NCBI RefSeq assembly: GCF_009914755.1
Contig: NC_060933.1
Source: the human T2T-CHM13v2.0 reference genome, Homo sapiens
Length of the DNA stretch: 64,000 bases
Strand: one strand, 5' to 3'
Part shown: one piece after another, positions 27,022 through 41,200 of the stretch
Numbering within the stretch: the stretch's first letter is position 1
Layout of the letters: every line of letters begins with the position of its first letter
Position numbers and translations under genes: made by a program
The notes under the pieces: generated by a model
The model's input: only the letters and a program-made list of their open reading frames with translations
The model's database searches: none
What the model was told of the DNA's origin: nothing

Positions 27022-28994
27022 CCTGGCTATCATATCATGATCTGGTGGCATATATCATGGATAAATCATGGGTAGTAGACAAATGTACATATATATTTTA
27101 TTTACATGAAATGTATATGTATATACATATATATGTAATTTGAAGATGTGTGGGATTAAGACTAAGGATAAGAAAGAATAGGACCATCATATAATCATAC
27201 ATATAATTTCACTAGACAGAAAGAAGAGAAACAGGATAGCTGAGCAAACTGGTAGAATGGCCAACGAAACTGAGAGCACAAATATCCAGTATTATTTTAA
27301 AATCACTTACAGTGTTGTAATATAACCAGAAATTCATCTCCGAATCGCTTTTAAATAAATCATGCTATTTATGCAAAAGATGCATGTGTATTTTGAAAGA
27401 TTTTGTTGGCTTGTATTATAAATCAAGAAAATGGGTTGTTTCCCTTGTTATGTTTTCCCAGAGATAAAGGAATATTCTGAAAAACAGATCAGGGAAAAAA
27501 CATCTGCTAGAGGCAGATACAAGCCTGAAGAATTTGAAGAAATCTTCTGTAGAAAATAAATGGACCTTCTACTGGGGTTTTTCTCCATCTTACCTGAATA
27601 TTAGTATCAGGGAGACATAAACATTGGGTCTGTTTAATATTTCTTACATCTGTTTTAGATTTTTCCCAATATGATACATTCTAATATATGTATGTATCAT
27701 AATATGATAAACTTAATACTGTGACAGATCAAGGCAACTATTCTTTGTTTCTCCACAGGTATTAATTTGTGCTTTTCCAGGAAACATTCCGAATTTGAAG
27801 ACTTCAAACTGATCTTAAGGGGCTTGTTTAAGTGCAAATAAATCTGTGTATTGTGATGACATTAATCCTTTCATTACCATAAAATTCTATTTTAAAGTAT
27901 ATTATTTATTCCTCAATATTAAAGCCTTGTGAATTTATTTGTAACTTTTTTTTTAATTTTAAGTACACCTACCTTCTATTGCAAACTATGCACTTCAACC
28001 TCCGTATGATTTTCTAGTATAGTGAAAAATTACCACATTATCATAGATAGAAGAGCATGAAATTACTATGTCCAGGAGTACAAAATTACTAAACCTTATT
28101 TTAAAATATGATAAATCTAATAAAAACTTTGAAACCTAAAGTCATATACATTTTGAAGTAGCAGATATTATTTATTGAAAACAATAAAATGATAAAGCAT
28201 TTATTTTACTGACTACCTCATATGAAATAGAATAAGAGTCAGCATTCTGTTACAGAGTAAGAAAAAGTAGTTCTTTTACTGTATTGTGAAATAGAAAACA
28301 GTAAAACAAATATTTTGTTCTTGTTTCTCCTGGAAACTCTCTGAGTGGGAGGTTTGTGAATTAGAAGATGTTCAGCAGTCCTTAACCTAAACACCTTGAA
28401 TTGTACTTTTCTCATTCAGAAATATAATACTGAAATTGAATGAACATGAGCTCAAATAAAATGGAGTATTTTATATAAATGACCACCAGTAACAGTATAA
28501 CATGGTCATTTGTTAACATTGTAGATTTTATCTCAATTACAAAAATAGTCTTCCAAATTTGGACAAAGTGAAAGCCCCCTGTAAATACGTTTATGGTTGG
28601 AAAAATTAAAGAATCGGCATTCTGTAATAAATTCTTTATAAAATCTAGAGTTTAGATTTTTTTTAAAGGCTTGGCCTAGAATCCTTTGATATCTGAAAGC
28701 ACAATTTTAAATCAGAGACAGCACAACTCAATGGGTGAAGGCAGAATAGGAAGCTGCTTATTAAGAAAAAAAAAACACTTTATGTCATTAGTCCCTCCTT
28801 CTACCTAATATAAATGTATTTGATTTTGTGTAACTTTTATAATTAGTAGGAAAATACTTGGGAGGTTTTTGCAATTTTAGAGATAATAAAATATATGTGA
28901 AAACCTCACTCTGAGTGAGATTTAGCTGGAGACATAGTTTGCTCTCATAATGTGAGATTGTAAATTGATCCAAACTCCGAACCATTCAAGCAAA

Positions 28995-29425
28995 ACATAT
29001 ACCTGCCTGTGATGTAGCAGTCATGCTCCTAAATATATACCTAAGAGAAAGGTAAGAGTATTCATAGCAATTCCATTGGTAATTGCCAAAATCTGGAAAT
29101 AATCAAACTTCAGTCAACACAAGAATGGAAAAACAGATTGTAGTATATTCACACAATAGAATATTACTCAGCAACAAAAAAGAAAAACCACAGATTCACA
29201 TGACATAGAAGATGTTACATTTATAATGATAAATAAAGGAATATAGCTATAAAAGGGTATATGATGTCTAATTCCATTTATATGAAGTTTAAAAAAGGCA
29301 AAAGTAATTGATGATAATAGGAGACAGATTAGTGCATACTTCTAAGTGGAATAAAGGTGCACGAGACAGCCTTCTGCAGTTGTTGAGATTATTCTATTTC
29401 CTGACCTACAAGGTGTGTACACATA
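28995..29425 (+). mobile_element. L1ME 3' fragment
   Basis: gtatattcacacaatagaatattactcagca; attccatttatatgaagtt...aggcaaaa. Confidence 0.65.
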
Positions 29426-30254
29426 TATGCCACATATATACACACAAACACATACACACACAAACAAAATAAACACATGTATATATGTGGCAGGAAGTGG
29501 CAGAATGGCATCAAAACAATTTATAATATTAAGAAATGCTCGACAATGTCATTTTTAAAATCCAGATTCTTTAATGTTTCTAGTCAAATAATTTTTATTA
29601 ATGCTTTATCCTAAATTTAAAATTAAAATTGCAACTTTATTTGAAATTGTAAGTACAGTAACATTTTACCTTGCATTAGTAGCTTGTTAAAGAAACAAGC
29701 TATTTGGAAAGATTTGCCCTACTGAGTTATATTTGAGAGATGTTTAGCAAGTGAAGATTTTTTTGACAGATGTATCAGCTCAGGGTGGTTTGCTATTAAA
29801 AATAAATTTTGATAGTTTATAGTTATAAAATTTCAAATAATTGAATTCCATAAAATTAAAAGATTTTATCTCTATATTCATTGAATTCATTCCACAGCAC
29901 CTTAACACATATTCGTTTTTCCTTATATTACCCTCATACTGTTGATAAACATTCTACTTCATTTTTGTCAATCTGTAAGCTAGTATATTTTTTACATTGT
30001 CTAAACACATATTTTTATCTCCCTGTGGTTTATGTATCAAGTGTTTTACAAAGAAAAGTATGTTCTGTTTATAAACACATCATGGAAAAACAAGTTAAGT
30101 GGAGAGAACTTGAAGTTCAGTATACTTGAATAGAAAAGACTGCATATGATCTTGATTTTTGAACCATTGCAATGTTGGGTAAATGCCCTTGGATAGCTCT
30201 CAGGAGTATGTTGTCAGAATATACACTAATTGTGGGAGCGTCATTGAAAATTGC

Positions 30255-30533
30255 TGTCTTAGTCAGTTTGGCCTTCCCTTACAAAATACCACAGACTGTG
30301 TGCCTTAAACAGCAGAAATTTCTTTTTTCACAATTTGGGAGACTAGAAGTCTGCAATCAAAGTGTCAGCATGGTTGGTTTTTGGTGAGGGCCCTCTTGCT
30401 GGCTTGCTGATGGCCCTCTTCTCACTTTTTCCTCACATAGTACAAGGAGTGAGAGAGACCGCAAGCTCTCTGGTGTTTCTTCTTATGAAAGCATTAAGCT
30501 CATCATGAAATTTTCATTCATATTCTCATCTTA
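30255..30533 (-). mobile_element. MLT1A-type MaLR LTR fragment
   Basis: tgtcttagtc...acaaaataccacagactg...ggtgagggccctctt. Confidence 0.8.
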
Positions 30534-32882
30534 ACTGGTACAATTGCACCATGGTGCACAACTATTGATAAACTGTGATGGGTTTATTAATAGATCAACG
30601 ATACTACAAATATCAATATAGTTCCTGCTATACACATAATTATGTGCAAAGTCCTGAGTAGTGTTTACATTTAAAATCATTCTAATTTTAAAGTAACCTC
30701 TATTTTCCATTATTATAAATGCTAGGGCTTTCAGAAAATATGCTGATATATTTATAAATTTACACATAAAACACAAACACAGAATAAAAATGGAAAGAAA
30801 ATTCCTTAAAATGTCATTATTTTAACTTGTTTATCTAGAGTTCAGCTTTGTAATTGGAAGTTAGTCACACAATATTAAAATTTCCTTTGTAAATTGAACA
30901 TAGGAAGTTCTGTTTTGTTTTGTTCAAAGCTAGCACAAATGCCTACCCATAGTTATACTGAAGAATTTTTAGGAAAATCTGGCTACTACAACCATTAATA
31001 AGATAATCAGAAGTTAAAAATATCACTGAGGAATTGGTACATGGTGAGGTAACTAAGGTTCATTTGATTTCCATAAAAATCAGTGTTAAAGAGGAAAATA
31101 GCTTCCTAAGATATTAAAATCCAAAGTGAAGTCAGAAAATGGCAGAATAAGAATATTCTATATGCCAGATTGGCCTTCAAATAACCTTTAGATATCTATA
31201 TTTTAAGATTTTTTTCCTGCTCTTTTCCAGTTAAGACTTAACCCTATTGCAGAGTAAGCAAAACAGTATGTGTTTCATTCATGAGCTTTCTAGATCATCT
31301 TCAAAAATTAGAGTCTAAGGAGTAATCATTGCAAAGTAAGTTTTATAATAAATCCCTTAATTTTTTTTTACATTTACCTAATATTTAAGTATGGAACTAT
31401 CTCCAATGCAATTAAAAGTAAACATTTATCCAAAAGAACTACAATTTGTATTTAATATTGTGTCATAACATCTTTGGGGTAATAGCAGCAGTCTCCCAAA
31501 TTCACACATAGACATATTCACCTTTACTCTTTTGCACATATTGTTACTTCTGTCTGGAACATTCTTACAGTTTTTTCTGCCCAATAACTTCTACTGGTTA
31601 AGTTTCTTCAAGAGTGAATTATCCCTTTGAATAATTTTGAATGTGTCTTAGGATAACTGTTTACATAGATAAAAAGATGAATGCCTTTGCCTCAGTATTA
31701 CTCTGTGAAGCACTTCATGCAACATTTTACCTAAGAACACAGTTTTGTGCTAATTTTTTCCTTTTTCTATGCTACTCTAATTGCTTACTAAGTCAAAAGC
31801 ATCTGAATTTCTGTCTCAGGCTCCTTTACTAGAGAATCCGACCCTTATAGTTCTAACATTTTTAAAAACAGTAATTCAGCAACTTTTCTTATTCTAGCCT
31901 TTGGCCACCTACCCTTAGATGTCAGGACCTTCAGCTGCCAAGTCCTTTTTGTTTTGAGATTTCTGTGATACAGATTAAGGTGGTTCTTTGTTTTCCCCTC
32001 TGCAAATTAAATATTTGTATTTTATGGATCTTCTTAGTCAATCTTCTTTCTAGCTTCCACAATGCTACTGTTGTCCATTTTCTCATTTCACTGTTATTTT
32101 TTGGGGGGGATAATGCCTTTAAAGATAACCCGCTGTTTTAGTATTAGTTTCAAAAGAAGAAAAAAGTGGATGTGTGTGTTTAGTTTGATATGTTTACTCA
32201 ATTACTTTTTAAATATAAAAAGAATGTATTTAATTTTTCTGTGTATCTATAATGTGATATAAATTTAAGGTTAATTAGAGAAGGGAATATTGCCACATGA
32301 AATTCATGAAATTTGCAGTTAACTCCAAGTCTTTTATTAATTGTTATAGGGCTGAAATATTTGTTTTTGCCCTGGAATTGGAATAAACATTAAAGTTACT
32401 ATAAAATTTATATTAACAGGTTTACTTCCTCACACTCATGTATTCTGGCATTTACAGCTACTATTCAGAAGTTTTCTAGCAACCAAATTGTCATTGTTTG
32501 TAAGTTCTGTGTATGTGTGTGTGTACATACATATAGTTTAAGATTTTTATTATTTTGTCTCATTGTGGCAGGTAGAATGGTCCCTCATATTCCCAGCATT
32601 TGGTATATACACACCTTCTACCAGTTACTCAGTTAAACACAAATCTAGGTATTGATGTTAAGGGATATTACAAATATAATTAAGGTCACAAAGCCACTGA
32701 CCTTAAAATACAGAAATTAACTGGGTGTGCCTCAGCTAATTATGAAAGCCCTTTAAATAAGCATCTGCAAATCAGAAATAGAGAAGTCAAGAAATTTAAA
32801 GCACAGAAAGGATCTCATGCACCATTGCTGAATGGAAGATGGAGAGGGACATATGACAAGGAGTGTGAATAACCTTTGGAAG

Positions 32883-33425
32883 TATATTAGTCAGGGTTCC
32901 CTAGAGGGTCAGAACTAATCGGGTAGATGTATATATGAAGATGAGTTTATTAAGGAGTATTGTCTCACACAATCACAAAGTCCCACAATAGGCCATCTGC
33001 AAGCTGAGGAGCAAGGAAACCAGTCCAAGTCCCAAAACACCATACTAGGGAAGCTGACAGTACAGCCTTCAGTCTGTGGCCAAAGGCCTGAGAGCCCCTG
33101 GCAAACCACTGGTGTAAGTCCAAGAGTCCAAAAGCCGAAGAACTTGGAGTCTGATGTTCGAGAGCAGGAAGCATCCAGCCTGGGAGAAAAATGGAGGCTG
33201 GAGGAGTCAGCAAGTTTTCTCTTTCCACTTTCTTCTGCCTGCTCTATTTTAGCTGCAATGGCAACTGATTAGATGGTGCCTACCCAGATTGAGGGTGGGT
33301 CTTCCTCTCCCACTCCACTGACTCAAATGCCAAATCTCCTTTGGCAACACCCTCACAGACACACCCAGGAACAAAACTTTGCATCCATTAATTCAATCAA
33401 ATTGACACTCAGTATTAACCATCAC
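32883..33425 (-). mobile_element. MLT2A 3' LTR of HERV-L
   Basis: MLT2A sequence; on the minus strand it is preceded by the polypurine tract aaggggtggatt. Confidence 0.9.
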
Positions 33426-35821
33426 AAATCCACCCCTTGTCAACTTGAACCCAACACATCTCCTGAAATCATACAAAATCTTCAAATAAAGACAATAACA
33501 AGATCATAATTATGCCTAACATAATACAGCTATCTTTCATACAACCAGAAGTGCACCAATCCTTAACCTAAATGCTATTACATAATGTTAACACTTAAAT
33601 GCTGATATGATGTCAGTAAACCTATGTCACATGATAAAGGAAAAAGAAAGAAAATAAAATGAAGATATTTTCTAATAAAAGTGTATACATGCACAAACAT
33701 GTTTTTAACAAAATAGGGAAGATATACACAAGACAATTACAGTCGTCCTTTCTGCAACTGGTCACACGGTCGTAGCTGGTATTGACACTGCCTTCTTTGA
33801 CTATCCATTCTGTATTCCCTTTGCCTTCTGCAAGCTCCTAAGCAGGTCATGAATTTTTACCTGGTGGAGTGACCCAAACCTTCATTCCTGAAGGATCTGG
33901 GCCAGTTGTAGTCTAGCCTGGATTGGGTTGTTGTAGTTTCCCATTGACCTTAAGCACAGGGGATGTTAATACTAAGAGATGTCCTAAGGGATCTTCTGTA
34001 CTTCACACATACTCTTCCTTACCTCCATTGTGAATAGTAAACTGATTTCATCTTGATAGTCTGGGTCAGTTACCCAGCCAACACTGTAACTCCCTTCTTA
34101 GTCTGTTGATTTGAGGTAGGAGAAGCCCAAAGTGTCCAGGTGGCAACCTTAACTTCCAGTTTAATGGAATCGTTGTTGTGTCTCCTGGTGTCAGCGTTCC
34201 TCCCTCTGGAAATGAGATCTCTAAGCCAGCAGAATGTAATGTCGGAGGAACACGAAGCAAAAATTTTGCTAGTGGATCACTAGGGGTGATGGTGAGTGGT
34301 GCCATGTCCACTTCCACCTTTTGATTCTGGGACCTGTGAATCCTGGTGATGGGAGAAACAGTACCATACATTGAATGCTGATTCACGGCATACACAGCCT
34401 TCTGAAGAACTTTGCCCCAGCCCTGCATAGTATTGTCACCTAGTTGGCATTGTAATTGTGACTTCAAAAGTCCATTCCACAGTTCTATCAATCCAGCTGC
34501 CTCAGGATGATGGGGAACATGACAAGACCAGTGAATTCCATCAGGATGAGCCCACTGTCACACTTCTTTAGCCATAAAGTGAGTGCCTTGGTCATAGGCA
34601 AGTCTATGTGGAATACCATGATGGTGAATAAGGTATTTCAGGAGTCCACAGATGATAGTCTTGGCAGAAGCATTGTGTGCAGGATAGGCAAACCCATATC
34701 CACAGTAAGTGTCTATTCCAGTGAGGATGAACCACTGCCCTTTTCCTGATGGAAGAGGTCCAATGTAATCAACCTGCCACCAAGTAGCTGGCTGATCACC
34801 CCGAGGAATGGTGCCATATCGAGGGCTCAGTGTTGGTCTCTGCTGCTGGCAAACTGAGTACTCAGTAGTGCCTGTAGCTAGGTCAGTCCTGATGAGTGAA
34901 AATCGTGGCTGAACCCATGTATAATCCCCATCCCTTCCACCATAGCTACTTTGTTCATGGGCCCATTGGGCAATAATGAGGTGGCTAGAGAAAGAGGCTA
35001 ATTAGTGCCCACACAATGCATCAACCTATCCACTTGATTATTAAAATCATCCTCTGCTGAGGTCACTGAGCATTCACATGGGATACAAATATCTTCACAG
35101 TTTTTGACCACTCAGAGAGGTCCGTCCACATACCTCTTCCCCAGATTTCTTTGTCACCAATTTTCCAATGATGCTTCTTCCAAGTCCATGACCATCCAAC
35201 AAAACCATTGCCTACAGCCCATGAATAGGTATATAATCACACATCTTGTCATTTCTTCTTCTAAGCAAAGTTTGGCAGGAGTGGAGACCACGGGCATTTT
35301 TAAGCCACTTCCTCATGTAACTTAATTGTACCTTCAGGACCTGCTGAAGCCCGATCACATATATACCACTTTCATTTGATAATGGAATGCTGTTGTGCAT
35401 GCCCAACTTTATGGCTAGATGAGTCAGAAAACACCCAGTTTATGATAGGCAGTTCAGGTCGCATGGTGACTTGATGACCCACAGTCAAACATTCAGTTTC
35501 TACCAAAGCCCAGTAACAGGGCAAGAGCCGTCTCTCAAAAAGGAGAATAGTTATCTGCAGAAGATGGCAGACGATGGCCTTGCTCCAAAACCTAGGGGCC
35601 CCCACTGTGATTCACCTATAAGGGCCTGCTTAAGACTCCAAACAACATCCCTATCAGCCGCTGATGCCTCAAGCACAATTGGATCTGCTGGATCATATGG
35701 CCCAAGTGGCAGAGGAGCTTGCACAGCAGCCTGGACCTGTTGCAGAGCTTTCTCCTGTTCTGGATCCCATTCAGAACTGGCAGCCTTTCAGGTCACTCAA
35801 TAAATGGGGCCAAATAACACA
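33426..35821 (-). pseudogene. pol: HERV-L internal remnant (RT connection, partial RNase H, integrase, dUTPase)
   Basis: WQVDYIGPLP integrase motif (~34752-34781); ORF 34066-34491 IELWNGLLK...LNWKLRLPPGHFGLLLP; YWALVETE in ORF 35372; many stops and frameshifts. Confidence 0.9.
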
Positions 35822-36562
35822 GGCGGCTATGCACGGCTCCTGGCTGATAGCAAGGAAACAGCAATCTTAACCCTACAACCTAGTAACTTAATTCTGCCAA
35901 TAATAGGAAAGAGTTTGGAAGCAGATTTTTCCCCGGAGCCTCCAGATGAGAACTGCACCTGACCCAACACCTTGATTTCAGGCTTGTGATGTCCTGAGAA
36001 GAGAACCCACGCACACTGCTGGACTTCTGACCTAGAGAAATTCACACTTCTCTAGATTATTGATAAATGCTTGTTTATTTAAGCTGCTAAGTTTATGATA
36101 ATTTTTTACAAGACAATAAAAAACTAATACACTGATATCCTGCAGTTTTTCTACACTGCTTTTATTATAATTTCATTTGTATTTATCTTTCTCATTACTG
36201 CTTGCAGACGTTCAATATGAAGGCCTATGTGCCTCTTCCATTAAAGAAACTTATTATCTAGAATCTTCTAAATATTGCTTGTCTATTTATTCCTTCATCT
36301 TCTAATCTATTTTTCATTTACTCCTAGTGAATACAAATTTCTTTTAAATGTTCCTTTATATATCTATCTCTTTATATTTTTGTTCTGGGATCTGGATCTA
36401 TTTTATAGTATTCTCTTTCCACATGAGTCCAAAGTGAGCATTTCTCTTTAGTTTCTTCTTTTTTTTTTTTCTCCTTTAACATGTTCCTTTTCTATATCTG
36501 AGCACTCTGTTTATACCTTATTTTTTGCTTTGTTGATGTCATTCATTTCTTTATAACTGAGA

Positions 36563-36862
36563 TTTTTTTTTTTTTTAATTGAGACAGAGTCTGGCTCTGT
36601 CGCCCAGACTGGAGTGCAGCGGCGCCATCTCGGCTCACTGCAAGCTCTGCCTCCCAGGTTAAAGCCATTCTCCTGCCTCAGCCTCCAGAGTAGCTGGGAC
36701 TACAGGCGCCCACCCCCACGTCTGTCTAATTTTTTTGTATTTTTAGTAGAGACGGGGTTTCACCGTGTTAGCCAGGATGGTCTCGATCTCCTGACCTCGT
36801 GATCCACCCGCCTCGGCCTCCGAAAGTGCTGAGATTACAGGCGTGAGCCACCACGCCTGGCC
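36563..36862 (-). mobile_element. AluY
   Basis: actgcaagctc, caccgtgttagccaggatggtctcgatctc; near-TSD at(a/c)actgaga. Confidence 0.92.
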
Positions 36863-37498
36863 CATCACTGAGAATTTTTTAAAATTCTTATCTTAAACCC
36901 CTCTTCAAGATAGCCCATTTATTTTTATTTTCTCAGGAGTGAATTATTCCATTGGTTGATTTAGTTTTGTATCTGTTTTGATGTTGTGTTTTCTTGGTTA
37001 TTTAGAAATGTTAATATGTAGGATCAGTTTATCTTAAATGGCCGTTTAAGTTTTTTTTTTTCTTCTCTACTGCTTCCTTTGTATGTATAAGACTTTTATA
37101 TTTGCATTTCATGCCAGAAGGAGGACATATATTAGGAATTTAACATTCTAATTCTGAAGAAAGAGGATAGATCTGTTTCCTAAGATGCTGTATGGCTTGG
37201 TCCTGGTCTTGGTGGCTACAGAGCAAATAAAAAGGCTGCAGCCTCAGGCAACATCACAGAAATTTACAGTTTCCATTCACAGTGGTTCCATGCTCTGAAA
37301 ATGACTCCAGTGCTCCACCAAAAAAATACATTTTTTACTATACCCTGAAAGATCTGAATTTTTTTTTTTAAATTACCTCTGCCTATTTGTATTACTGGAG
37401 TTCAAAGGACTGAGACATCAGGCCTCCATGTTTCCAAATTATTTTTGTTCTAATTCTAGTCAAAGGAGTTGTTTGCCCTTTTATGGTGGAATTAGTTC

Positions 37499-37996
37499 TG
37501 AAACCAGCCCAACTGTCCCACAGAACTGATGTTTATGATTTCTTTTAAATAAACATAGAAATTGACCCTCACAGTTGTAAAACATAAGAAAATTACATTT
37601 GTTTTATTTGACGTCCTTTCTCAGGAAACCAAGGATTAGGCCTCTGAGATAGTATCAAGGAACTGAAGCTTATCAGATCACAGCTCTAGGATATTGGGAC
37701 CCCAGAACCCTCACCCATCATGATTGCCTAACCAACCACCAGCTTCCTATTGGCCAACTCTCTTCCTTACCTCTCCCAATTTTCTATTTTTCCACACACG
37801 GTTACATTTCTTCCCAACTATATAAACCTCCAACTTTAGTCCATCAGGAAAATGGGTCTGAGACTCATCTTCCATTCTCCTTGGCTGCAGCATCCGAATG
37901 AAACCTTCTTCTCCGGCAAGACTTATTGCCTCAGAGATTGGCTTTCTGTGCAGTGAGCAGTAGGATTTACACCGAATCCCTGGCTTTTTGGTAACA
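37499..37996 (+). mobile_element. ERV1 solo LTR, MER66-like
   Basis: tgaaaccagcccaactgtccc...tatataaacc...ggtaaca; gttc/gtta near-TSD. Confidence 0.75.
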
Positions 37997-38439
37997 GTTA
38001 CCCATTTTAATATATTTTAAAATCATTTTTGTTGTAGCTTATGTTTGAAATGGGTTTCATATGAACAGATAGTACAATATTTTGGCTAAGAGTCTCTAGT
38101 ATTACGTCTAGTATAATGTCTTTTTGACTCAAATAATCTCTATATATAATAGAAGAATTGGAAAATTGACAGATTGAAAGAAAGTCTCATTATTTTTTAA
38201 CAAAGTAATAGACGTTAATTCTCACCATAATGAGTTAGACGTATCCAGTCCATTACAGATTTCCTACTTTGCCTTCTTCCTCTGCATATGTAAGAAAACA
38301 TGACTCTGGACTGCTACCATTTGGGGGAAAAGTATGATAGAATCTTGGTTTCTCCAGGAAGGAATGATGTTTCAGCAACACAATGATTATTATAATCACT
38401 ATAATAATAGATTGTGATGATAACTATAATGCTATTTAT

Positions 38440-38600
38440 TCTATGGTTATCATGTACCAATAATTAACTATTTCATCTTAATAACTAACCTGTGGAACAG
38501 GAATTATTCTGCCCACCTCATGCAAGAGCAGTTGAGAAGAGTTTAAGCAGTTTGCAAAAGTTAACAAAGCAAGAATTTAAATCATGTCTGTTTGACTAAA
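38440..38600 (-). mobile_element. MIR fragment
   Basis: Degenerate antisense MIR (taacctgtgg...aagaatttaaatcatgtctgtttgact). Confidence 0.45.
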
Positions 38601-40145
38601 AGAAAAGCTGTGATACTCCTGTTAGTTATTCCACAGTACACCTGCCATATCAAGTTTAAATGTCTTTTCCCTTTTTATTCAGCAGACATTTTATAGACTG
38701 AACCAAACCCAACTTCATCTTAAATAGAATAACTACCAACTGCTTTGATGTGATGTTGGAAATTGCATGTGTACTTTGTTCTTTTCTCTTGAATAACATT
38801 TTAGAGATTTTCATAGTTTTATATATTAAAATAATTCTGTGTATTAGTAATCAGCTGATGTCTTAGTATACTTAACTGACATAATGCCATTCCTTGAATC
38901 ACAAGAAAAGACAATACTTCATAGAACATTGGAAAATCCTAGAAATTAATAATTTCTTATTTTATGCTAGGTCCTCTGCCAACCACTTACAGATATTATG
39001 TCATTTACTCTTCAGCAACCTCTCAATTAGAGAAAAACTGTGTTTATCACAAGACAGGCGAGGAAGCTGGGGTTGGCTTATGTGTAAAGCACCCAGGTCA
39101 TACAATTTTATATATTTAGATTATATAATTAGTAAAAGTCACAATTAATAATTGGCTCAATGACTCCCAAGTCCATGATTTTATCACTAAAGTATTTAGT
39201 GCAATATTTAGGCAATTCTGAGCAAGAGACATTTACAATTTTTAATTTAAAGTATTCTACATGAAAGATGACATTTGTTCTGGCATCAATAATAAGAAAT
39301 CCTAGATACATTTTGAAAAATAAAAATGTTTACCCTCACTTCTCTACTTACCCAAATAAAGAATAATTACCAGAAATAATTGATTATAGGACCTGACTGT
39401 ATCATATAATCAATGTATTAAATTCTTGTGAAATTTTGCTTTGAGTGTTGTGACCATGACTGATACAGTCATCTTCTTGTTTATCATTTAAATGTTAACA
39501 CAACTGATATAACTTAGTAGGTATGTAGAAGCAATAAGGCTATTTTTTTAGTGATTATGATTCTCGAGGGTCTAAGACTATGAGGCATTTGTGTGCCTGA
39601 GATTAGAAAATTTCATATCAATGCCATTTTACATTATCTAATATTTGAGGATACATGTTAACTGTTTATGAAAATATAGTTCATGTTAATTATAGAATTT
39701 TGTGAAACTAGATTTCATCCCTTTCTGAAGTTTATGGAAATTAGGTGATCTTAAAATATCCTTCTAGCCCCAACAGAACTATGCCACAATATGTCTTCTT
39801 CACTTACTCTACTTCTCAACAATATGTCTTCTCTTCTTACTGAAAGGGTTGTTATAGACATTTCAATAGTTTTATTCCTTATAGCTCAATCCATTTTCCT
39901 GTCTGTAAATACATGGAACTTTAACACACCACAGTTAACTGTAACAAATTTCATTACATATTGTTTCATTCACAGATGGTTAATGGCTTCCAAACCAGGA
40001 GATTTATTAATAATTTAGTATTCTACTGAAATAATTGATCCTTGTTGCACAGTTCAACAGCTTACCTTTGGAAGATCTCTGTTCTTAATCAATATCAAAT
40101 AACGGCCTGTGTATAATGGGAGATGTTGAAACAGATAGGATCAGG

Positions 40146-40348
40146 TGTTTTAGTTTTCTAGGGTTGCCTTAACAAAGTAACATGGACTGGATGACTTAAA
40201 TATTACAAATTTATTTTCTCATAGTCCTGCCGGCTAGAAGTTCCAGATCAAGGTGTTAGGAAGGTGAGTTTCTTCTGAGAACTCTCTTTCTAGCTTGTAG
40301 ATGACTGTCTTCTCCATGTCTTCACATGGTCTTTCTTTTGTTTATGTC
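40146..40348 (-). mobile_element. MLT1B-type LTR fragment
   Basis: tgttttagttttctagggttgccttaacaaagta...ggctagaagttccagatcaaggtgt. Confidence 0.75.
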
Positions 40349-40439
40349 TATGACATAATACCAAAAAATAAAAACACAATAAAATCTCTTTTTGACTCTG
40401 CTTGCTAACTCATTCTCTTTTATTTATATTTTTGTGCTA

Positions 40440-41200
40440 TGGCTTCTAGAAACCCAAATCCATTGTATATGAGCTTTTTTACCTCCTTTGTACCTCCACA
40501 CATGTTTTATGGTCCATTATGCCCCAACAGAACGAGGCTTTCCCATTGAGCTTTTATTTCCCTGTGGCCCATGAGGACCAGCAACACATTCTCTCCCATA
40601 TTATATATCAGGGTTCATATTTTCTGCTTGGTGTATTTCTACACTGCCAATTCCAGATTATTAAGTCCTAGAAGACTATCATCTTCCTTTTCTGATTCTT
40701 CTTATAATTGGCCTCCTGGGCCCTCGCTGATGTCCACTATAAGACTCACCTTTACCCTTTCTGTCCAGGCCCCTTCCTTTATCTTCTGCAACTTCAGTGT
40801 TCATGTGGATGACAAATCCACTTTTATGTAAAAATATTCTCATTTATCACTTCTTGAACTAATAATAATAATACTCAATTGAATCTACAACTCCTTTTAG
40901 CTATTATCCCTTTGCCCTTTTTTCATTAATAAGGACTCTTACTTGTCTTATTCTTGCCCCAGTCTAGTTTGGGGGGCACTCCTTTGTTGATCTACAATCC
41001 AGAGCAAGTTTTAATTGTATATTTCTCTGGACTGTGATTTTCTTAATAATTTACATATTAGTATGTCTGGAACACCTTCCAGCAATAGGAACACATATAA
41101 TTCCTCCATACTGCCGATCCTTTTGGCAAATGGTATCTGCTTCTGTTTTAAATACCATTCACACAGAACCTTAAATTTTTATTTCCCTAACGTGTTCTCG
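40440..41200 (+). mobile_element. L2 ORF2 (endonuclease region) remnant
   Basis: Pyrimidine-rich; CNFSVHVDD in ORF 40571 resembles the L2/CR1 GDFNIHVD motif. Confidence 0.45.

Larger units (their letters stand above)
32565..36130 (+). mobile_element. MLT1E-type MaLR LTR split by HERV-L (halves 32565-32882 and 35822-36130)
   Basis: tgtggcaggtagaat start; ccccggagcctccagatgagaac...tttaagctgctaagttt...aactaataca end. Confidence 0.75.
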
